NCBI GenBank assembly: GCA_000002435.2
Contig: CM018790.1
Source: Giardia intestinalis
Lineage: Eukaryota
Reading direction: 5' to 3' (one strand)
DNA: 64,000 nucleotides
Positions 39,101 to 48,100 of this stretch are shown one piece after another (within the stretch, counting starts at the first letter, position 1; each line of letters starts with the position of its first letter). The notes under the pieces are model-generated. The model worked only from the letters and a program-made list of their open reading frames with translations, did no database searches and was not told the origin of the DNA. The position numbers were made by a program, and so were the translations under genes.

Positions 39101-42100
39101 CACATTATCAATTATTGACAATGACTCTGAAGTTGTGGCAGAGTCGGTTGCAGCACTCAGGGCCGTGAGAAGGTTCTGCTCTACTTTGAAGAGTTGCTCG
39201 TTGAACGCCAGCTGAGAGTCCCTCAACTCCTCTATTTTCTTTAAGCTTTCTGGAGACCACTCAGCTAGAATACGATCAGTGTACAGATTAGCCTGAGACT
39301 TTCGTGTGGGTGCATAGGATAGTATCAGAACATGCTGAGAAAGATCTGACGGCACAAACACATCCAAAGACGAAACCAGAATCATGCGGAACGATGGAGA
39401 CACTTCACTGAACTTGAAGGATTGGACTGGCATGATGGTTGTTGCTGTCGAGAGAAGGTAAGACGTATTCACGTACCCGGTTCCTGCAGGTGTGTCTGCT
39501 GCTGCACTCTCAGAGGCTCTATATCCACCTCCAGAATATCTTATGTATGGGAATAGAACAGAGGGAATAGACCCACTGTCGCAGTTTAGGACGACAATTG
39601 TTTTGCCAAACCTGGCTGCAATACTAACAAGATTCGCTAGATTCTCCGAGGCAGCACTTACAAAAGTGGTTCCCTCCACAGAGACGTCTTGGTTCTTCGT
39701 TTGGTCGAAATAGTTACGTAAAAATGTGAGAACTCCTGTGGCTTCGGTGACATGAGAAAGCACTATGGTTGTGATTAGATTATAATTCCTCATGTCACGC
39801 ATGTCACGAGCGTCATCGTCAGCGGCACCTCGAGGGGCACTGTTTCGCGGAAGCTTGCTACTACTGTATAGCATGTCAAAAATGGCCGTATTCTCCAACG
39901 AACTAGTTGATGCAACAAGCCCATAACTAACATATCTATTCACGGTAACAGAATCATAAAGTAACGCGCCAAAGGCAGCTCTGACGGTCAGTCCTTTATC
40001 ATCATCTTTTGCCGATACAGGGCTCCCGAAAAAGCTCTCACGCATGTCATCTGTGCTGGCACCAGCTACTACGAACAGAATGGCTGCATTAACGGCACAC
40101 TTGTCGATAATATCTAGCTGCTGACTTGCTTGCTTGTACCCCTCTTCCCAGCGCAGCTTCTCTGCCCGGAGCCCGTGGAGCATCTCTTGGCCCTTCCGCT
40201 GCTTGGCTTGAATCTGCTGTAGCTCCTGCTTATACTTGACAAGCTGCTCTGTTTTCGCATTGAAGTCATCGCGGAGGCCTGCTATCTGAGCCTCTATGGC
40301 AGCGACCTCATCATTAATCGTTTGAATCTCTTTACGCATACTATCGAGGCTTCTGTTGGCGCTTTCCACGGCCTTCATCAGAGGCTCCATCTTAGTGCAC
40401 ACCTCGGCGTATTTGATATTGGCCTGAATCCACTTGGCAAGCGGTGCTGCTGCCCTGGACACGCGGCGGATGCGCTCCTGCTCAAAGCAGTCGGCGTTGT
40501 TCCTCACAACCTTGTTCACGGCATGTATGGATGCTTTGCTGGCCGTCTTCATGTCAAAGTTCGCAATTGTGCGGAGAACGCCAGACTGTGAAAGAAACGC
40601 CTTCATGCCCTTCCACGAGAGATCCTGGTGACCAAGCAGCACCAGGACTGCCTCCAGGACTACAGATACTGCAGGAGGCGGAGATTGGAAGGACTTGATC
40701 TCAGTAAGGGCGTCTGACGGGATCGCCTGGACGGCCTTTGTTGCCTCTTGAAGGACGGGCATAACAGTGCTTAGCTCGGCATCTGCTTGCTCCTTGTCCT
40801 TCATGATTCCCTGCTCTCTCTCGCTCAGTTCCTTCTGCAGAGCGTGAGCGGCCAGCTTCCTGTCGTTTGCTTCTGACATACGGCTTGAGATGTTTTCTAG
40901 CGCCTGGTTTGCCTCTTTCTGGGAAAACTCCACCTGTTTTGTGCGTTCCTGCGCCTGGGCAGCCAGAGCATCGACCTCGCTCTGCGCCTTCTGTAGCTGC
41001 TTCAGCCCCTTGGACAGGCGCTCACGCTTCCTATTTAGCATGAACGTCCACCTAGACTTGAGGAGATGGTAGATGACATAGATTTTGGTGTAGTATGATA
41101 TCTGGACGGTATTGTGTGGCTTGTAGACAGACAGGTACTTACTTACGTATCCCGATGCAATCTTCAGTATCTGCTCGATCGTGTTGAGCGGCTTGAGGTT
41201 CCTACCTTCATTCGAAGCCATAGAGGCGCCAGAAATGATCGAAACAGTTTTTGTAGGCAGCGTATGAGCAATACTTCTTATGGGTGCCTTCAGAATATCG
41301 TCGGTAGTGCTTAACTGAATAGAGGAGGAGTCGAGGTAGAGCAGTTCAAAACTGACCAACTGTATGTTGCGACGCAGGGCGGGAACGAGGGAGAAGATGC
41401 CGTCGGTGCTCCTGCGCTCTGGGTTCAGCAAGATGACAGGCTGAACGGCTCGCACAAACAGGTTCAGAAAGAGCGTAGCCAACTCTGACTCAGACATAGA
41501 GTCGCCGTTCGGCACGCTTGACACCTCGGTAAACGTAGCAACCAAGCTCCTAAGATCTGCAGCAGAAAGTCGATTTCGGAAGTAGAGGATGTCACGGCTC
41601 GACAGCGCAGAAAGCAGGGCGTACCATTCTGGGTCTGCTTCCAAGGTGTTGCAGTCCATGAAGTAAGCAATGTGATGGTGGCCATGGGCAACCCTGTCGG
41701 CCAGGAAGCGCAGTACAAGAGGAGTAGCGTGGTCAGTGCCTGCAAACATGACCGTGCACCCTATACTTAGCGCCCCTGCAAGGGCAGTCTCCATTGAGAA
41801 ATTGTGTGGCTGAGATAAGATAATAACACCTGCCGAAGACCTAAGGAAAATCTCCACAGCAGAGAGAAGCTTCAAGTATTCGTGGATGACGGTATCAATG
41901 AGTGGGGGACTCCACTGCATCATGTTCAGATAGGCATAATAGAGGCGAAGGCCGTTGTAGGTGTCTCCAAGAGAGGATACAAGCTCTTTAAGCAGGCCGA
42001 TCCGCATCTTATTTGTGACTAGCTCTAGGGAGAGGTCGGAAAAATAGGCGTCGGGTATGCCTTCATCAGACTGCAATGCGCGCTGGAGCGTCTGCGCTGT

Positions 42101-45100
42101 CGTCCCAAGCTTGGCATAGGTTAAAACCTTCTCGTCCGAAACTTGGCTTATTGTCTTGAGACACGCGCGTGCTGCCGACTTACCCTGGGAATAGGGGATT
42201 GGTACCTCAAGGAAGATCTCCAGCAGCTTTGTTATCTTTTCCAAACTCACTTCGGACTTCTCGGTGGCAAGCAACGCCTTGATCGACGATATGGAAAACA
42301 AGGTGAGAGACCCCACTGATTTCAGGAGCTCTGGTAGAGCGATCACCTCTTGCAGATTCATGGTCCTAGTTTTGAGCTTTGCTGTCTCTGCTTCGGAAAC
42401 CATTCGCATCTGCCAAGTCTGAAGGCTAGTGGAGGCCTTCATTAAGGAGGAGTACAGCTTAAATAGGTCAGGGCCGCACACAAGCTCAGCGTCTCGGGGA
42501 TCTTCGTCCATGAAAACGATCCCCATTCTACGCCGCAAGCGGGCGGGGATCGCGTCCAGTGTCTTTGTGGTAAGTGCTACTTGAATGTCGGAGATATGAA
42601 GACAGGTGCCGCCCCTAGTATAGAACTTCCCGTGGGCCACCAGGGACCAGAGGAACGTGAGCGTCTCGATATGGGCGAACTCATCCGGAGCAACTATGTC
42701 GCAATCCCGCAGGATCAGCAGGATTTTTGTGCTGACGCTCCGAGGCTTTAGGTATCTATTCCCGTCTGCACCCTGCGTCTCGGCGCACTCTGATAAGAGC
42801 AGGTCTACTATACTCTGACGCGTGGTTAGCTGGGAACAGTCAAGTGTTAAGGCCTTATATCTCTGCCCTCTGCTGTTAGTGGTCTCTGCCACTGCTTGAA
42901 GAAGAGCCGTGTACTTCCCACATGTCTTTGAGCCCGTAACGATTATCTGTACTCCAGCTGTCAGAAAGTTCCTGACGGACAAGACGGCCCAGTGGAAGTG
43001 GGGGGCCTGGCCCGAATCCCCGTGCTTCGGCGTTGCCAATGTCCCGCGAAGATCGATGCTTCTGCCAGCAAGAACCGACGCAGCAGAACCCAGAGTGAGC
43101 TCGTTGAGTTCACCAGGGAGGCCTGCAGCCAGACAGATCTTCATCTCGGAGAAAAACGAACGTATGCACCCCGCAACGAAAGCAGTCTGAAGGTCCGATC
43201 CACTGTTCGCCATAAGAGCCGCACCCACTCCAGAATGGAACATGTGTGTACAGACGTCGATGGCAGCTGTGCCTCTCTTCATGGACGCAGGCAGACCGGT
43301 TCTAAAAAACGCCTCGAAGCCGGCAAGACTTAGCTTGCCAGACAGATCCGTGTTAGTGTCAAGCTGATAGCGTAAATGTGCGAGTGTGTCGTCAATGGAC
43401 GTATCCGGAACAACAATGATGGCAAGACGACTGATCGTAGCAGGTGACGCATGAGCAAGCGAGTCTGTCTCAAAAAGGAACGACAAAGGCATTTGCAACG
43501 GAGCAGATAGCCTCCCGTCTACTTCTCGTGAGTTGAAGTACGCCTCCAGTGGGTTCATATTTACCGGGAAGCGGAGCCGCTCGCCGGAGCTCATTGTGAG
43601 GAGCCGGTTATCGTCCAAGACGGAATTCAAGGCCTCTATCCAAAGAGGGTCGATCGATCCATCCAGCATAATAATCGGCCACGTACATGGAAGCTCTCTG
43701 CTGTTCAACAGCTGAACAGAGAGACGGGCAGCGCTAGATAAGGCACCATCGTTCCACTCGCCGGTTGCAGGATCGACATAACCAAGAAGCTCCTGGCGAG
43801 ACATCGACTTGGGGGCAATGAGAAACTCTTGGATGACAATATTTCCCTTGGTAAGCTTGAAGACTGCGTCCTTCAGCAGAGAAAAGATGTACGACTTACC
43901 GCTTCCGGTGCCTCCAAGAAGTGCTACGCCCATCTTTGTAGTAAGTGCTCTGTAGAGCTGCAACACCGCAATGCCGTGCGGCTCACGTAGATCTGGAGGA
44001 AGAGCGCCAACCAGCTCTTCTTCGAGACTGCTCACGGCCCCAAACTTCTTTATGGTGGACTCTGATTGCTTAATAGCCCTGGATCCGAAAACGCCGGTCA
44101 GGATCTCCTTGAAGATTTCAACCGACTTCCCTGTAATGCGAGAAAGAGTTGCGTCTGAGATGCACTTAATTATGACGTTACTTTCCATGCCATACAGCGC
44201 TTCAGCGCTTGAGTCGGAAAGCATCTTGAATGAGGAAGCGCGTACTATTGCTGCCTGACGCAAGATAGCCTGTAAGCTACGAAGACCCCAGTCCAGATGA
44301 ACTTGTTTCGGAATTCGACGAGCGCACAGGACATATGAAAGGTCGCATTTCTCCGCTAGCTCCTTGCAATTGACAAAGCCGGATGTGGAGAGAATCGTCT
44401 CGATGATAAGGCTGGTGTCTGCTCTGCCCATGAAGCACCCGCGCAAGAGCTTGGTCAACGAAAAGGGGAGCTCAGAGCGGCCACGGTACTCGCGCGATGC
44501 AGGATTCATTGTGACGTAGATCGAGGCATAGGGAGATATGGCCCGTATAGGAACGGTGATCTCAGAAAGAGTAAAGGTGTTCTCATCGAGGTTTATGTTC
44601 CGACAATCCCCGAATGCACAGAGGCTTGTTTTTCCAGAGCGGAGGAGGATCACTTTTTGGATTGCCTCGATGTCTGTAGCAACGGCGCTCAGCACTGAGC
44701 TATCCAAGCGATTGATTTCATCAAAGCAGCCCATGGACCCCGAGAGAATTATCCCTATGAGAAGCCTGGATAAATCTGACCGCTCGATGGATGTATCACA
44801 GTTGAAGCACACGACGGTGCGGCCAAGCTTTCCTCCAAGCGCCTTCGTGGACTCTGTTTTCCCCGTCCCAGCAGGGCCCTGGAGGACACCTCCAAGCTGA
44901 AGTGCAATAGCCTCTGATATCGTATTGTAGCAGCGAAAAGTTAGAGGCGTGTGAATGAGTTTCGCTTGGAGGCCCTGGTAGTCATAGGAGTATGGCGTTA
45001 TGGAGTCTAGCGCAAAGACATACAAGTCATCGGAGTCTTTGTGTATGCGATACTTAAGTTCTCTGGTCCAGATCCACCGCCGTGAGTCAAAGCAATCTGG

Positions 45101-48100
45101 CGCCGACTCGTCCACGGCAAGGAGAGACCCTAAGACGTTGAGATACTGATAGATATCGACAAGGAGGCCCTTTATCTTTAGTCCCAGGAGAAACTCGGGG
45201 GTTCCAAAGTTCGCTAGCGCAATCTTAGCCTCGAAGAGCTTGCTGGAAAACTTAGAAAGATACTGGTCGACACGACTCTTGCAGGCGGCCAGGGCCTGGG
45301 TCGATGCGGTGGCGTCCTTCACCTGGTAAAGGGCATAGTCAATCTGCGCAGTCATCATGACGGCGAAAGAGATGCAGAGCATTTCTCCGGAGAGCGCGCT
45401 GATGGGAAGGGACTCAGAGATTGCCGCTTGGAAGTCTTTGAAGCCATAGAAGTCCTTGTCAGAGTAGCTATATGGAGACACCGATGCCTGCACCGAAACA
45501 CACGAGGTGATAATATCAAAAGGCGAGGCTTCCGAAAGCGCAGATTGAACCATCGAGGCGTTGCTCTGTGCGGGGAACACAAGCTCATTAATAGGGAGCG
45601 AGGCAATAGGCTTGAGGCAGCCGTCGCCCCGAATCTTCAAGGCCTTCAAAAGCTGGTTGCGAAGAGTTTCTCTATGGGCGGTATCGAAACGATTCAGCCA
45701 GAGCTCCGGCTGGTCTGTAGGCAATATGGAGACTGCGGTGGATAAACTAATGTGCTCACCCTCCGAAGAAACAAAACCCTTTATGAAGTTCTGCTTTTGT
45801 CCAGTTGCCATAACCAGTGGCTCTCCAAAGACCAACGTTTCAATGGCAGAAAAGAGCTTTTTGATGTGCGGGCGGAGGGTCTCTTCTGGCTTGGCGCTTC
45901 CAGTGGAAAGGATCTCGAGCACATCCGAGTCTGCCAGGAAGTAGAACCGGGGAAACAAAATGCGCTTTTGCTCCAGGTACTTGCGCAAGCTAGTTTGAAT
46001 GTCGGCAAGGAGACAGCTGACAAGCTCAATGGTGACAATGACGTCCTTATAGAGCCCAAGGAATGCATTGTCTGCGGTAGAAGGTGAGAGCCCAGCGGCA
46101 TGTGATTGCAAGGCCCCAGCAGAGTAGGGAACCGGGGCCTTAATAATGCTGATGAGTGACAGAGTAACACCGCGAGAATGCGGAAGTTGGGCAGATGATG
46201 GGTCCTGCTCGCTGGGTGCAGAAAATGAAGACCCACAGCATGCCACCTCAACTAGTTCGTCGCAGTCGGCTAAGAGAATGCTGTACAAAACACGCAGGCT
46301 GTCGTAGAACTTCTTCTCCTCTGCAACAAGCACCCTTCGCCCCATTACAGGCTCCAGAATACTTATCTGCTTGGCTATTGTGACCATGACATGACCCAGG
46401 CGCGTGTAGCTATCAATTATGGCGGTGCAGTCGTCGATCTGGTTCTTCAGTGACTTGGAATATGGATTGGTCGAAACAGCCATGATTATTGCTCTTTTCT
46501 CGACCAGCTGCGAAAAGAGGTGCTTCCAGACCGCAGACAGAGGGATCAGTGTTAGACCCGTCTTCTTGTTCAGACCAAGCTCAACCGAGCACAGCTCCTC
46601 TTGCGCCAAAGGCGTTAGCTCGTGGAGGGCAAAGAGGAGCTTTGCCTCCGATGCAAGCCAGTAGGAGGTCTCCTCGACCGCCGCTCGAATGCTGGTCTCA
46701 TTTTCGGCACGAACACATACCTCACGAATTATGCTTATGGTCTTCTTGTACTCCGTTGTTTGAGGATTCTCTGCGGAGATATTTCCTCGGTTTGTAAACA
46801 AGCAAACTGCGGCTAGGAAAAGAACCTGGCACCCATTCATGGTGTCCACAATTGAGGCTGCGACAGTATCGGCCTTCAAGGCAAAGTACTTTATTATGGA
46901 GCCAAGATTGGTCTTTTCGATGATCTCACGGTAATGGGCTTGGGTCAAGGAGTTGCTACGGAGGGCTTTGAATACACTTAGTGACTGGCTAAACAATGCC
47001 GCCACAAAGGTGAGGTAGAGAGTCGCGGCCTGCTTCAAGCTGCTGATGGACTCAAGCGTCAATGCACTCCCTCGCAGGTCCACAGCCCCTAGGAGGTCGG
47101 AGATATCTGTTATCTCAGAAAGGAACTTCTCCCGGCATGCCAGGGCCTTTGTCTGGATAAAGTCTGCCATGTCAAGTCTATTTTTGACGATGCTCCACTC
47201 CAGCCGCATGAATGCAGAGCACCCCGCCTCCAGTTCAACTAGTATGGGAAGAAAGCCAGAAAACGCGTCCTTGAAGGCAGAAATTATTGCAACGCTGTTC
47301 TTGAGCTGCTTAGCGCTTTCCGTGGGAAGCATGGACATGTAGTCGACGTTGAAGATGGAGAGAGCCTCGGACGAGAGGGTTTGCATAGTGGCAAGTATCT
47401 CGGCCACGTTCTGGCGGACCTCATCGAAGAGCAACGAGTAAGCACACGCCGCTTTTCCGCCATAGATGACTCCATTTTCTGCGTCGGTCCTGGTGAAAAA
47501 GAGCACTTTGAAGAAGGAATTAAACTCAGCAAGATCGGCAGGAGCACGCACGCTAGTGTTTGCATCGCAGTAGGCGGTGAACTCCTGAATGCCCGCAGTT
47601 AGCTGCGCCAGAACATCCTTGGACTTGCTCAGGAGAGAGGCCTCGCCGCTGCCGGCTAGCTTGTCCACTAAAATGTCCCAGAACTCCTTCTTCTTCGCCT
47701 CCAGCTCTGACTCGATGTTGTTCAGCCTGTTAGACAAAGAGAGAAATGAGGCGTCTGCGGCGTCAATGAGAGAGAGCACATTTTCATAGAAGGCGCTAGA
47801 AAGCAGGATAACAGCCTTAAATCCCAGCATCTCCTCGTGCACTTTCTTCAACTTACCTTTCAGCAGGGTATGGGCGTCCTGGAAGAAGGCCGTGAAGTCT
47901 GTGAAGTCATCAGAGCTGGCAAAAGCCCCGTGAATAGCGTCGCAACGCTTCGTGAAGCCAGAGCACTCCGTGCTTATCTTGTCGGCTGCCTGCTCAGCAA
48001 AGTAGCTCGCCGCGGCTACGGCGACGTCTAGGATGGCTGCAGGCTTCTTATTCACGAGGCGGATTGCATGCTCTATGTTAACCGTGATCACCCCGTTGGA